Assembly (NCBI GenBank): GCA_902510995.1
Contig: CABXDL010000002.1
Coordinates: forward strand, 17,007 to 81,006
Direction of reading: 5' to 3'
Source of the DNA: an uncultured Candidatus Actinomarina sp.
Lineage (GTDB): Bacteria; Actinomycetota; Acidimicrobiia; Actinomarinales; Actinomarinaceae
Length of the DNA: 64,000 nucleotides
Shown here: piece after piece, positions 49,344 through 59,016 of the stretch
How positions within the stretch are numbered: the first letter of the stretch is position 1
How the letters are laid out: each line of letters opens with the position of its first letter
The notes under the pieces: model-generated
Databases searched by the model: none
Told to the model about the DNA's origin: nothing
What the model saw: only the letters and a program-made list of their open reading frames with translations
Program-made: the position numbers and the translations under genes

Positions 49344-50990
49344 ATGCAAAAAATAATAAACAAAGAAATACCGAATGAGCCAGGAATTTATATATTCAAA
49401 GATGATTATGCTGAACCCTTATATGTTGGTAAGGCAAAAAATCTAAGAAAAAGAGTTCCATCATATTTTTCAAATCAATCTTCTTGGAAAGTAAAAAGAT
49501 TAGTTTCTGAAGCAAATGAAGTTAGTTTTGTAGTTGCTAAGAATGAAGCTGACGCTTTATTAGCAGAATATTCATTCATACAAGAATATAAACCAAAATA
49601 CAATGTCCAGTTTAAAGATGATAAATCTTATCCATATGTAACACTTACTAACGAAGAATGGCCACGAGCTTATATTTCTAGAAAAATTAATTCAAAAAAT
49701 AATAATTTTGGACCTTTTCCTTTTGTTGGATCAGCCAAACGATCATTAGATCATTTAATAAATATCTTCCCTATAAGGACTTGCTCAAACACTGTATTTA
49801 AAAGACATCAGAAACTAAATAAAGCTTGTTTATTATTTGATATAGATAAATGCTCGGGGCCGTGTATATCAGCAATTGATAAAAACGAATATAGTAATTT
49901 AACTAACAATTTAAAAGATTTTTACAACGGTAAGTCCGATAAATATATAAATAAAAAAATAAAAGAAATGAAAGATTATTCAAATAAACAACAATATGAA
50001 AAAGCTAATGAGTCAAAAAATCTTATTAGGCATTTAGAGAATGCTAGAACAACGCAAACACTGTTAGTAGATAATAAAAAATCAGTTGATGTTTTAGGAA
50101 TAGATATAGACAAATTGGATGTTGTCATATCTTGCTTGCTTATTAGAAATGGGAGAATTATTGGTGAAGTTAAGAAAACTTTAGAACCAATTGATACTTC
50201 CGAATACAATGAATATTTGCCACAGGTTATTTTATCAATATTTACAGATAATGAGCCTTCAGAGGAAATATTAGTTAGTCATAATTTTCCTTATTCAGAA
50301 ATTATTGCAAATGAGCTTTCAGATATGTGGTCAAAGGATATTCAACTTAAAACCCCTAAAAGAGGATGGAAAAAAGATTTACTTGAAACAGCTATTGTTG
50401 ACGCAAGAGAGATAAGAAGAGTAGTTAACTTTAGAAGGCGTACAGATTTAGAATTTAGAACACAGTCTTTAGAACAATTAAAAAATAATTTAGGATTAAC
50501 TAATGTCCCATACAGAATTGAAGCTTATGATATTTCTAATTTGGGTGACAAGTACAGAGTAGGGTCTATGGTTGTAATGGAAGATGGAATATCTAAACCA
50601 TCTATGTATAGGAAATTCCATATAAAATCTTTTGAAGGACAAGATGATTTTAAATCTATGGAGGAAGTTCTTTTTAGAAGAATAAAAAGACTTAGTAAAA
50701 ATAATGAAAAAGATAAAAGTTTTAAAAAGATTCCAGATTTAATTTTGGTTGATGGAGGTAAAGGACAACTATCCTCAGCTAAAAGCGTGATAGATTATTT
50801 TCAATTAGATATTGAGTTAGTTGCTTTAGCTAAAAAAGAAGAAGAGTTATATTTACCAAATAGAAAAGAACCATATCTTTTAAATAAAAATTCTGAAGCT
50901 TTATTTCTTCTTCAAAATATAAGAGATGAAGCTCATAGATTCGCTTTAAAAGAAAACAGAAGGCTTAGATCAAAGCAAATTAGTAATTAG
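49344..50990 (+). CDS. uvrC: Excinuclease ABC subunit C
   Basis: Has a GIY-YIG domain (GIYIFKD...LYVGKAKNLRKR), a UVR domain and a C-terminal endonuclease V-like domain. The ATG immediately follows the uvrA stop. Confidence 0.93.
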   Translation: MQKIINKEIPNEPGIYIFKDDYAEPLYVGKAKNLRKRVPSYFSNQSSWKVKRLVSEANEVSFVVAKNEADALLAEYSFIQEYKPKYNVQFKDDKSYPYVTLTNEEWPRAYISRKINSKNNNFGPFPFVGSAKRSLDHLINIFPIRTCSNTVFKRHQKLNKACLLFDIDKCSGPCISAIDKNEYSNLTNNLKDFYNGKSDKYINKKIKEMKDYSNKQQYEKANESKNLIRHLENARTTQTLLVDNKKSVDVLGIDIDKLDVVISCLLIRNGRIIGEVKKTLEPIDTSEYNEYLPQVILSIFTDNEPSEEILVSHNFPYSEIIANELSDMWSKDIQLKTPKRGWKKDLLETAIVDAREIRRVVNFRRRTDLEFRTQSLEQLKNNLGLTNVPYRIEAYDISNLGDKYRVGSMVVMEDGISKPSMYRKFHIKSFEGQDDFKSMEEVLFRRIKRLSKNNEKDKSFKKIPDLILVDGGKGQLSSAKSVIDYFQLDIELVALAKKEEELYLPNRKEPYLLNKNSEALFLLQNIRDEAHRFALKENRRLRSKQISN

Positions 50991-51056
50991 GACCTCATTA
51001 AAGAAAGTTCTACCATCTAATCGACCGTTAATTAGAATGTTATTAAAGGAATTAAA

Positions 51057-51923
51057 ATGGTAACAATAAGACCAGAAGTTTTATTATTAGTAGGAATGTC
51101 AGGAGCAGGACGTTCTGCTAGCTCAAATGTTTTCGAAGACTTAGGTTATTATGTAATTGAAAACTTACCTCCAGATCTAGTAGAGTCAGTTGTTGATTCT
51201 AACGATGTTGCAGAAACAAATAGACAATTAGTTCTTACTGTTGATGCAAGAGATGGTGTTGCCCAAGATGAGTTAAATAAAAGTCTTGATAGGTTAAGCC
51301 AATCAGGAGTGTTAACAAGGATTATATTCCTTGATGCAGATAACGATACTTTAATTGAAAGATATGAAGAAAATAGAAGGCCTCATCCTATGGACCAAGA
51401 ATCCTTATCACAATCAGTAAAAATGGAACGTGATTTATTAAAACCTATCAGGGAATTAGCAGACTTAGTAATTGATACAACCGATATGAATGTTCATGAA
51501 TTAAGAAAGAGAATCATTGAAGGCTTCCAAGGTGAAGCAACAAATCAAGATTTAAAAATATCGGTAACTTCATTTGGATTTAAAAATGGTTCGCCTAGAG
51601 ATGCTGATTTAGTTTTAGATGTTAGATTTTTACCTAACCCTCATTGGAGAGAAGAACTCCGTTCATCAACAGGTCAATCACCTATGGTCAGAAATTATGT
51701 ACTATCTTTTGAAGATGCACAAGTATTTTTAGACAAAGCAAAAGATCTCATAGAATTTTTACTTCCTCGATTTACCTCGGAAGGAAAATCATATGTTGGT
51801 ATAGCTATTGGCTGCACAGGAGGAAAACATAGAAGTGTTGTAATGACAGAAGAAATTGGAAACTGGCTTAAGAATGACGGAAAGGATGCTGTAATTATCC
51901 ATAGGGATATGAAAGAAGCATAA
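51057..51923 (+). CDS. rapZ: RNase adapter protein RapZ (YvcJ family P-loop NTPase)
   Basis: Contains GMSGAGRS Walker A, DVRFLPNPHW and IGCTGGKHRSV. Confidence 0.93.
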   Translation: MVTIRPEVLLLVGMSGAGRSASSNVFEDLGYYVIENLPPDLVESVVDSNDVAETNRQLVLTVDARDGVAQDELNKSLDRLSQSGVLTRIIFLDADNDTLIERYEENRRPHPMDQESLSQSVKMERDLLKPIRELADLVIDTTDMNVHELRKRIIEGFQGEATNQDLKISVTSFGFKNGSPRDADLVLDVRFLPNPHWREELRSSTGQSPMVRNYVLSFEDAQVFLDKAKDLIEFLLPRFTSEGKSYVGIAIGCTGGKHRSVVMTEEIGNWLKNDGKDAVIIHRDMKEA

Positions 51924-51924
51924 A

Positions 51925-53076
51925 TTGACATCTAATAAATTAGGAAATGTATTAATAAGATCTGATTTAAATGTTCCAATTGATAATGGGTCTATATTAG
52001 ATAATTTTAGAATTATAAAATCAATTGAATATATAAAAGAATTAGAAAGTATATCTGAAAACATTACATTCATAAGTCATTTAGGCAGACCAAATGGGAT
52101 AGACCAGTCTTTATCACTAAAGCCTATAGCAGAAGAAATGAGTAATCTATTATGTCAGGATGTGACATTCATAAATAAAAATATTGGTATAGAAATTCAA
52201 AATAAATTGATGAAAAATAAAAATAATATTTTATTATTAGAAAATTTAAGATTTGATGATGGTGAAGTAAACAACGACGATAAGTTTGCAAAAGATTTGT
52301 CGAAGCCTTTTGACACGTTTATTTTTGACGCTTTTGGGGCTGCCCACAGGGAACATGCATCTGTAGTAAGTATTGGAAAATACTTAACATCTTACCAGGG
52401 ACCTTTAATGACTAAAGAGGTATTTGAATTAGATAAATTATTAAGTGAAACTAATGAAAAATTTACCATAATTCTTGGTGGAGCCAAGGTTTCAGACAAG
52501 TTAGAACTTATTAAAAATCTTCTACCGCGTGTTGATAATTTATTATTAGGTGGTGGTATGTGTTTTACCTTTTTGAAAGCTTCAGGTCATAATATAGGAA
52601 AATCTATATGCGAAAATGATTTTATTAATCCTGCTAAAAAAATACTTGAATCAGCTGATGGCAAAAAAATAAAATTACCCTTGGATTTTGGTGTTACAAA
52701 ATCTATCGATGTACATACAAGACATGATATTGATTTAAATGAATTTAGTGAAGATGATATTGGTATAGACATAGGAAATAAAACAGTAAATAAATTTAAG
52801 GAAATATTATCTGATTCTAAAACAATATTTTGGAATGGTCCTATGGGAGTATTTGAAGTTAATGAATTTAGCTATGGAACACGAAGCATAGCAGAATTAA
52901 TTTCCGGTTTGAATGTTCATACAATAGTAGGAGGTGGAGATTCAGTTAATGCAATTAATAAATATTCTGATATAGATAAATTTAATCATATATCAACAGG
53001 CGGAGGAGCTTCTTTAGAGTATTTGGAAGGAAAAACCCTTCCTGGTGTAAATAAATACAATCATCTTATACTTTAG
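51925..53076 (+). CDS. pgk: Phosphoglycerate kinase
   Basis: Contains RSDLNVP, the SHLGRP motif, and GGGDS...STGGGASLE. The start codon is TTG. Confidence 0.93.
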   Translation: MTSNKLGNVLIRSDLNVPIDNGSILDNFRIIKSIEYIKELESISENITFISHLGRPNGIDQSLSLKPIAEEMSNLLCQDVTFINKNIGIEIQNKLMKNKNNILLLENLRFDDGEVNNDDKFAKDLSKPFDTFIFDAFGAAHREHASVVSIGKYLTSYQGPLMTKEVFELDKLLSETNEKFTIILGGAKVSDKLELIKNLLPRVDNLLLGGGMCFTFLKASGHNIGKSICENDFINPAKKILESADGKKIKLPLDFGVTKSIDVHTRHDIDLNEFSEDDIGIDIGNKTVNKFKEILSDSKTIFWNGPMGVFEVNEFSYGTRSIAELISGLNVHTIVGGGDSVNAINKYSDIDKFNHISTGGGASLEYLEGKTLPGVNKYNHLIL

Positions 53077-53086
53077 ATTAGAAATT

Positions 53087-53851
53087 ATGAAAAAAATAGT
53101 AATAGGTAATTGGAAACTGAATCTAGACCATCTAGAAGCAATACAGCTACTTCAAAAGCTAAATTACACGATAGAAGAAAATAAAGAAGAAAAGATAGAT
53201 ATTGTAGTTTCTCCTTCTCACACCTCTTTAAGATCAATTCAAACAATTATTGATACTGATAAATTAAATATAAAGTTATCTGCACAGGATGTATCTCAAT
53301 TTAACGAAGGTGCATACACTGGAGAGGTTTCAAGTCAGCAATTAAGTAAATTAAATGTTAAATATTGTATTGTAGGGCATTCTGAAAGAAGAACAGAGTT
53401 TGTTGAAAGTGATGAAACTATAAATAAAAAAATACACAATTTAATCGACAAAGACATAACACCCGTGATATGTTTTGGTGAAACCTTGGAACAAAGGAAT
53501 AGCAATAAATACCTTGAACATATTACATCTCAAATTAACTCTGCTGTTAAAGGACTTAGAAAAGACAAAGTTGATAATCTTGTATTTGCTTATGAACCGA
53601 TATGGGCAATTGGAACAGGTGAGGTAGCTTCTATCATAGATGCTGTTGAAGTAATATCAATGGTTAAAGAAAATGTATCAGAAAAAGCATTTTATAACAA
53701 TGAAAAGATACGTTTTATATACGGTGGTAGTGTAACCCCAGATAATTCAGAAGAAATATTAAATTCAGAAATTATAGACGGTGCTCTTGTAGGGGGGGCA
53801 TCTTTGAATGTTGATAAATTTGTAACAATTATTAACTCAATAAATTTATGA
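53087..53851 (+). CDS. tpiA: Triosephosphate isomerase
   Basis: Contains GNWKLN, VGHSERR, AYEPIWAIGTG and GGASL. Confidence 0.95.
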   Translation: MKKIVIGNWKLNLDHLEAIQLLQKLNYTIEENKEEKIDIVVSPSHTSLRSIQTIIDTDKLNIKLSAQDVSQFNEGAYTGEVSSQQLSKLNVKYCIVGHSERRTEFVESDETINKKIHNLIDKDITPVICFGETLEQRNSNKYLEHITSQINSAVKGLRKDKVDNLVFAYEPIWAIGTGEVASIIDAVEVISMVKENVSEKAFYNNEKIRFIYGGSVTPDNSEEILNSEIIDGALVGGASLNVDKFVTIINSINL

Positions 53852-54558
53852 ATTTAATTTTTGTAAGGCACGGACAAAGTAAGTGGAATTTAGAAAATGT
53901 ATTTACCGGATGGGTAGACATTGGTTTAACTGAAAAAGGTCTACTGGAAGCTAAAATTGCTGGAGAAACTTTAATTGAAGAAAAATTTATACCTGAAATA
54001 TGTTTTACATCTTACTTAAGTAGGGCTGTAGAAACTTCAAATAAAATTTTGAATGAGTATGACAAAAACCTTATTAAAGAAATAAAAATATTTAGAAGAT
54101 GGGAATTAAACGAAAGACATTACGGAGCTTTACAAGGTTTAAACAAGTTAGAAACTGCAAATAAATATGGTGAAAGAAAAGTACATGAATGGAGAAGGGG
54201 ATACAAAACAAAACCACCTTTAGTTGAAATTAACTCTAAATATGACCCAAAAAAAGATAATACCTATAAAGATTTAGATTGTAATTTACCTTTAGGAGAA
54301 TCACTGGAGGATGTAGTTGCGAGAGTTGAATCTACATTAAATGAAATTATTAAATTATCACAGAATAATAATGTTTTAGTTGTCGCTCATGGAAATAGTA
54401 TAAGAGCTATTTTAAAGATTATTGAGAATATCTCGGATGAATCAATAGTTGATGTAAATGTTCCTACTGGAATACCTCTCGCTTTTAATACTGAGAATGA
54501 TAAAATAACTAAGATTGGATACCTTGGTAGCCAAAAAGTAATTGAAAAGGATAATTAA
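53848..54558 (+). CDS. gpmA: 2,3-bisphosphoglycerate-dependent phosphoglycerate mutase
   Basis: Contains FVRHGQSKWN, LNERHYGALQG, and AHGNSIRA. Confidence 0.92.
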   Translation: MNLIFVRHGQSKWNLENVFTGWVDIGLTEKGLLEAKIAGETLIEEKFIPEICFTSYLSRAVETSNKILNEYDKNLIKEIKIFRRWELNERHYGALQGLNKLETANKYGERKVHEWRRGYKTKPPLVEINSKYDPKKDNTYKDLDCNLPLGESLEDVVARVESTLNEIIKLSQNNNVLVVAHGNSIRAILKIIENISDESIVDVNVPTGIPLAFNTENDKITKIGYLGSQKVIEKDN

Positions 54559-54560
54559 AT

Positions 54561-54797
54561 ATGGGATCTACAACTGCAATATTAATATCAGTGCATGTTG
54601 TTGTATCAATTGCCCTTATAGCTTTGATTATGCTTAATAGTGGCAAGGGTGGTGGTTTATCCGACATGTTGGGTGGAGCAGGTGCTTCAGGAAATATTGG
54701 ACAAACCTTAGCTGAAAGAAATCTAAGCCGTATTACTGCAATAGTTGCTCTAATGTTTGCAGCAACTACATTATCTTTATTTTGGTTTCTTGATTGA
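54561..54797 (+). CDS. secG: Preprotein translocase subunit SecG
   Basis: 78 aa with two TM helices flanking a Gly-rich loop (GKGGGLSDMLGGAGASG). Confidence 0.9.
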   Translation: MGSTTAILISVHVVVSIALIALIMLNSGKGGGLSDMLGGAGASGNIGQTLAERNLSRITAIVALMFAATTLSLFWFLD

Positions 54798-54801
54798 CAA
54801 A

Positions 54802-54885
54802 GCGCGGGTGGCGGAACTGGTAGACGCGCAGGATTAAGGATCCTGTGGGGTAAAACCCGTGGAGGTTCGAGTCCTCTTCCGCGCA
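54802..54885 (+). tRNA. tRNA-Leu with anticodon AAG (A at wobble position 34), type II, no encoded CCA
   Basis: Hand-folded as acceptor GCGCGGG/TCCGCGC, D-arm GCG-GAACTGGTAGA-CGC, anticodon stem CAGGA/TCCTG with 7-nt loop TTAAGGA (anticodon 54836-54838), a 15-nt variable arm, and T-arm GGAGG-TTCGAGT-CCTCT. Confidence 0.85.
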
Positions 54886-54892
54886 CAACAAA

Positions 54893-55549
54893 ATGAAATA
54901 TAAAGAAACGATAGCAATTGTTAATGATCCTGAAGTAACTCTTGGAGCACTTGAAAATAAAAATATTAAATCATTAAATGCTTGGGAAATAGATTGGGGG
55001 AATATGTCCTCTTCTTACGATTATATTATTTTAGGCGGACATATGGGTGCATATGATACTGATAAACATCAGTACTTATTCTCAGAAAAAGAATGGTTAT
55101 CTAGATCTGTAGATAATGGAAGTAAAATATTAGGAATTTGTTTAGGTTCACAGCTTGTAGCTGACTCATTAGACGGTGAGGCATATCTTTCTGATAAAAT
55201 AGAATTTGGTTTTAAAAAATTAAATTTTATTAGAAATGACGAAACATTTTCTGATTTTAGAGATACTGAAGTTTTTACATGGCATAGAGATACATTTAAA
55301 ATTCCATCAAAAGCAGAATTGATAGCAAATACTGAATTTCCACAAATTTATAAAATTAAGAATACAGTTTGTATTCAATTTCATCCAGAAGTAACAGTTG
55401 AGCTTTTTGATAATTGGTATGACAGTGAAGTTAGTAAAAAAGATTTAAAAAACTATGATGTAGAATACACAAGAAATAAATTAATAAACTACGAAAATTT
55501 GATGAATCAAAAAGTTAATATTTTTTTTAAAAAGTGGAAAGAAAGTTAA
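54893..55549 (+). CDS. Class I glutamine amidotransferase-like protein
   Basis: The nucleophile elbow GICLGSQL and the catalytic His-Glu in QFHPEV are present. Confidence 0.75.
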   Translation: MKYKETIAIVNDPEVTLGALENKNIKSLNAWEIDWGNMSSSYDYIILGGHMGAYDTDKHQYLFSEKEWLSRSVDNGSKILGICLGSQLVADSLDGEAYLSDKIEFGFKKLNFIRNDETFSDFRDTEVFTWHRDTFKIPSKAELIANTEFPQIYKIKNTVCIQFHPEVTVELFDNWYDSEVSKKDLKNYDVEYTRNKLINYENLMNQKVNIFFKKWKES

Positions 55550-56124
55550 ATTGTTCTTTCTTTTATTTCTTCCAAGTACCTCTCCAATATCTTAAACCTG
55601 TAATTTACATCGTTACTAAGTAATAATTTGTCTCTTAAATCCATTGTCATTGGAATTTTTGTACAAATTTCCCATAAGCTTAATATCCTATTTTCAGTAT
55701 CAATTTCAAAAGTAGGTATATCTATATCTAATCCTTTATCTATTAATTCAGATAAACTTCTATGTATTTTTATTTGAAGATCATTTAATTCTTCTATCTT
55801 CGGTGGTAATCCAACATCAATTATTATTTCTGCATTACAAACTGGATATTCTTTATCTATTTTTATATTTTTAATTTTGTATAAATTTATACATTTTACT
55901 AAAACTAACTGTTCAGCATTTGATATATCCCTATGTTCAATTATTTCAACTTCTGATATAACTTGATTTTCTTCATCAAGGTTTTTACTTACACAAAAGG
56001 TACTACGTTGTTTTATTGCATCTGCTATTAGCAAGAGATATCTTGGTTCAAATACTCTTAATGCTGATAGCTCTGTAGGAAAATATATAATACCAGCACC
56101 AAATAATGGAAATTCAACTATCAT
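55546..56124 (-). CDS. LON peptidase N-terminal (substrate-binding) domain protein
   Basis: Contains FPLFGAGIIYFPTELSALRVFEPRYLLLI, typical of stand-alone LON N-domain proteins. Confidence 0.75.
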   Translation of the reverse strand: MIVEFPLFGAGIIYFPTELSALRVFEPRYLLLIADAIKQRSTFCVSKNLDEENQVISEVEIIEHRDISNAEQLVLVKCINLYKIKNIKIDKEYPVCNAEIIIDVGLPPKIEELNDLQIKIHRSLSELIDKGLDIDIPTFEIDTENRILSLWEICTKIPMTMDLRDKLLLSNDVNYRFKILERYLEEIKERTI

Positions 56125-56160
56125 AATTTCTGTTATTTAGGATAAGGGAAAAAATACATT

Positions 56161-57207
56161 ATGAGAATAGAAGATGAAATAAAATTAACATTTGATGATG
56201 TATTGATTAGACCTAAAAGAAGTACATTAATTTCACGCTCCGAAGTAAAGCTTGAAAGAGAATTTAAATTTAGGCACAATAATCATATTTGGGAAGGGAT
56301 TCCTATATTTTCTGCCAATATGGACACTACAGGAACTTTTGAAACTGCTAAAGCATTACAAAAACATAAAATGCTAACTGCCATACACAAATTTTACAAT
56401 CTTCAAGATTGGAAAGTAAACATAGACTCATTAGATCCAAATTATGTTTCTGTCACTGTTGGACAGTCAGATGAAGATTTTGAATTAGCAAAAAAAATAT
56501 TTGATATTAATAATGATTTAAAATTTCTCTGTATAGATGTTGCTAATGGTTATAGAGAAGATTTTCTTGAAGCTGTAAAAAGATATAGAGATACTTATAA
56601 TGATAAAATTATTATTGCTGGAAATGTAGCAACTAGAGAAATGACAGAAGCTTTAATATTAGCAGGGGCTGATATTGTAAAGATTGGTATTGGACCCGGA
56701 TCAGTTTGCACAACAAGGAGTGTGGCTGGCGTAGGCTATCCTCAACTTTCATCTATATCTGAATGTTCAGATGCTGCTCATGGATTGGGAGGCCATGTCT
56801 TAGCAGATGGTGGATGTAAGTATCCAGGTGATATCTCAAAAGCATTCGGAGCAGGTGCTGACTTTGTTATGCTAGGAGGAATGTTTGCAGGACATGAAGA
56901 ATCAGGAGGAGAACTTGTTACAGAAGAAGACGGTAAAAAATATAAAGACTTCTATGGTATGTCATCTACAAAAGCCCAACAAACATATTATGGTGATTTA
57001 GCCAATCATAGAGCTGCAGAAGGAAAGAAAGTAAGACTTGAATATAAAGGCCCTATAGACAAAACAGTTCAAGCTATTCTTGGTGGTATGAGGTCCGCTT
57101 GTTCATATGTAGGTGCAAAAAAACTTAAAGATCTCCCAAAAAGTACAACATTTATAAGAGTTACACAAACAACTAATGAAATATATACAGGGTCTGAAAA
57201 TCTTTGA
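56161..57207 (+). CDS. guaC: GMP reductase
   Basis: 348 aa, colinear with enterobacterial GuaC ([23 protein letters not shown]...). The active-site loop is [11 protein letters not shown]. Confidence 0.92.
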   Translation: MRIEDEIKLTFDDVLIRPKRSTLISRSEVKLEREFKFRHNNHIWEGIPIFSANMDTTGTFETAKALQKHKMLTAIHKFYNLQDWKVNIDSLDPNYVSVTVGQSDEDFELAKKIFDINNDLKFLCIDVANGYREDFLEAVKRYRDTYNDKIIIAGNVATREMTEALILAGADIVKIGIGPGSVCTTRSVAGVGYPQLSSISECSDAAHGLGGHVLADGGCKYPGDISKAFGAGADFVMLGGMFAGHEESGGELVTEEDGKKYKDFYGMSSTKAQQTYYGDLANHRAAEGKKVRLEYKGPIDKTVQAILGGMRSACSYVGAKKLKDLPKSTTFIRVTQTTNEIYTGSENL

Positions 57208-57440
57208 AAATAGAAATTTACACTAAAGACAATTGTATCTGGTGCGATAGAGCAAAAAACTTGTTAAATTCTGTAGACTTAACTTATACAGAAAAAGATT
57301 TATCTGATGATAATGTACGTCAGAAGTTTTATAAAAAAGTAGGCGAAGGCGTGAGTACAGTTCCTCAAATTTATATAGAAGAAAAAAGAATAGGTGGATT
57401 CCCACAACTAGTTACTTGGTTTGAAGAGAATGGCTACTAA
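57204..57440 (+). CDS. Glutaredoxin-like protein (CIWC active site)
   Basis: 78 aa with a thioredoxin fold, the CxxC motif CIWC, and TVPQIYI..IGG. The TTG start overlaps the guaC stop. Confidence 0.8.
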   Translation: MKIEIYTKDNCIWCDRAKNLLNSVDLTYTEKDLSDDNVRQKFYKKVGEGVSTVPQIYIEEKRIGGFPQLVTWFEENGY

Positions 57441-58332
57441 TCATTCTTCAAAAACAGTTTTTCTAGCATTAGCTGTTAATTTTTTTATAGCTATTGTAAA
57501 GACAATAATTTCAGCAATAACTTCATCTAGTGCAATGTTTTCTGAGGCAATACATTCTTATGTTGATTCAGCTAATCAATTTATTTTATGGTTTGGAATT
57601 AAACAATCAAAAAAAGTTAATAAAAAAGTATATCCATTAGGCAGGGGCAAAGAACAATATTATTGGACATTAGTTGTTGCAGTTTTAATTTTTACTATTG
57701 GAGGATTAGTCTCTCTTGATCATGGAATAGAGGCACTTTCTAACCCACATGAATTAAAGAATTTATATGTATCAATAATTGTTTTAACTTTATCGATTAT
57801 TCTCGAATCGTATGTTTTATATAAAGCAGTTAAACAACTTAAACAAACCAATCACGAAAATAAATCAATAATTAAATTATTAAAAGAATCAACTGATGGA
57901 CCCCTTATAGCTATTGTTGTAGAAGATTTTGCTGCAACTATGGGATTGTTAATTGCTTTAATGGGTACTTTATTGTCCAACTTTACAGGTAATTCAATAT
58001 ACGATGCAGTTAGTTCGATTCTTATTGGCATTCTTCTAATGGTATCTGGACTATTTCTAGGTTATGAAATGAAACACCTTATTACTGGTGAAAGTATAAG
58101 TCAAAACATCAAAGATAAAATAAGTAAAACAATAACTAGTAACGAAAAAGTTGTTGAAGTTTTATCTCTAAAAATTGTATCAATAGGAACAAATAGTTAC
58201 TTAGCATTAGTTTCTGTTGATTATTTAGACAAGTTAACAGATACAGAAATAGTTAATTTAAATGTAGAATTAAGAAAAGAGATACAAGAAATAAATAGTT
58301 CTGTTAAAGAAATTTACTTTAACCCAAAATAA
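57430..58332 (+). CDS. Cation diffusion facilitator family transporter
   Basis: Has 6 TM helices and the HSYVDSANQ motif in TM2, with a C-terminal cytoplasmic domain. The start is placed at the ATG at 57430. Confidence 0.8.
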   Translation: MATNHSSKTVFLALAVNFFIAIVKTIISAITSSSAMFSEAIHSYVDSANQFILWFGIKQSKKVNKKVYPLGRGKEQYYWTLVVAVLIFTIGGLVSLDHGIEALSNPHELKNLYVSIIVLTLSIILESYVLYKAVKQLKQTNHENKSIIKLLKESTDGPLIAIVVEDFAATMGLLIALMGTLLSNFTGNSIYDAVSSILIGILLMVSGLFLGYEMKHLITGESISQNIKDKISKTITSNEKVVEVLSLKIVSIGTNSYLALVSVDYLDKLTDTEIVNLNVELRKEIQEINSSVKEIYFNPK

Positions 58333-58346
58333 TATAAAATAAAATC

Positions 58347-58718
58347 ATGTCTATTAATAAAGATCATTTGTCAGAAGAGGAGATAGAGATTACTCAGAAT
58401 TGTGGAACTGAACCACCCTTCTCTGGAAAATTACTATATGAAAAAAGAGAAGGCATATATAAATGCATAGTTTGCAATAATCAATTATTCGAGTCTGAGA
58501 CTAAATTTGATTCAGGAACAGGCTGGCCTAGTTTTTATGATGCTATAGATGAAACAGTTACTAGCAAAGAAGATAATTCTTTTGGTATGAAGCGAATAGA
58601 AATAAACTGTAAAAAATGTCAGTCTCATTTAGGACATATATTCAATGATGGACCAACACCAACGGGTCTTCGCTATTGCATAAATTCTTTGAGTTTAGGC
58701 TTTGATATAGTTGAATAA
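58347..58718 (+). CDS. msrB: Peptide-methionine (R)-S-oxide reductase
   Basis: Carries two CxxC zinc motifs (CIVC, CKKC), GWPSF and the catalytic RYCINS. Confidence 0.93.
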   Translation: MSINKDHLSEEEIEITQNCGTEPPFSGKLLYEKREGIYKCIVCNNQLFESETKFDSGTGWPSFYDAIDETVTSKEDNSFGMKRIEINCKKCQSHLGHIFNDGPTPTGLRYCINSLSLGFDIVE

Positions 58719-59016
58719 AATATACATCGATTCAAATTGTAATTTGTGCAATCGTTATGGAGAATTTTTAACAAATAGAAATTCTGATTTAGTGTTAGCT
58801 AATCAATTAGAACTAGAGAAAGAAGACATCACAAAAGATGAGTTGGTCTATGAAAGAAATAATGAAAAATATTATGCTAATGAAGCAATCGTAGAATCAA
58901 TTTATGATTTAGGTAGCTTTTTTAGAGTTGCAAAATTGTTTAATCTACTCCCATCAAGATTTATTTATGTATTATATAAAATATTTGCAAATAATAGATA
59001 CAGATTTAATCAATAA
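58711..59016 (+). CDS. DCC1-like thiol-disulfide oxidoreductase (DUF393)
   Basis: Has the N-terminal DxxCxxC motif (IDSNCNLCNRY) typical of DUF393. Confidence 0.7.
   Translation: MNKIYIDSNCNLCNRYGEFLTNRNSDLVLANQLELEKEDITKDELVYERNNEKYYANEAIVESIYDLGSFFRVAKLFNLLPSRFIYVLYKIFANNRYRFNQ

Noticed and set aside
54509-54886. A 125-aa minus-strand ORF with an Arg/Pro-rich N-terminus.
   Set aside because: It runs antisense through tRNA-Leu(AAG), all of secG and the end of gpmA. The GC-rich tRNA accounts for the open frame.
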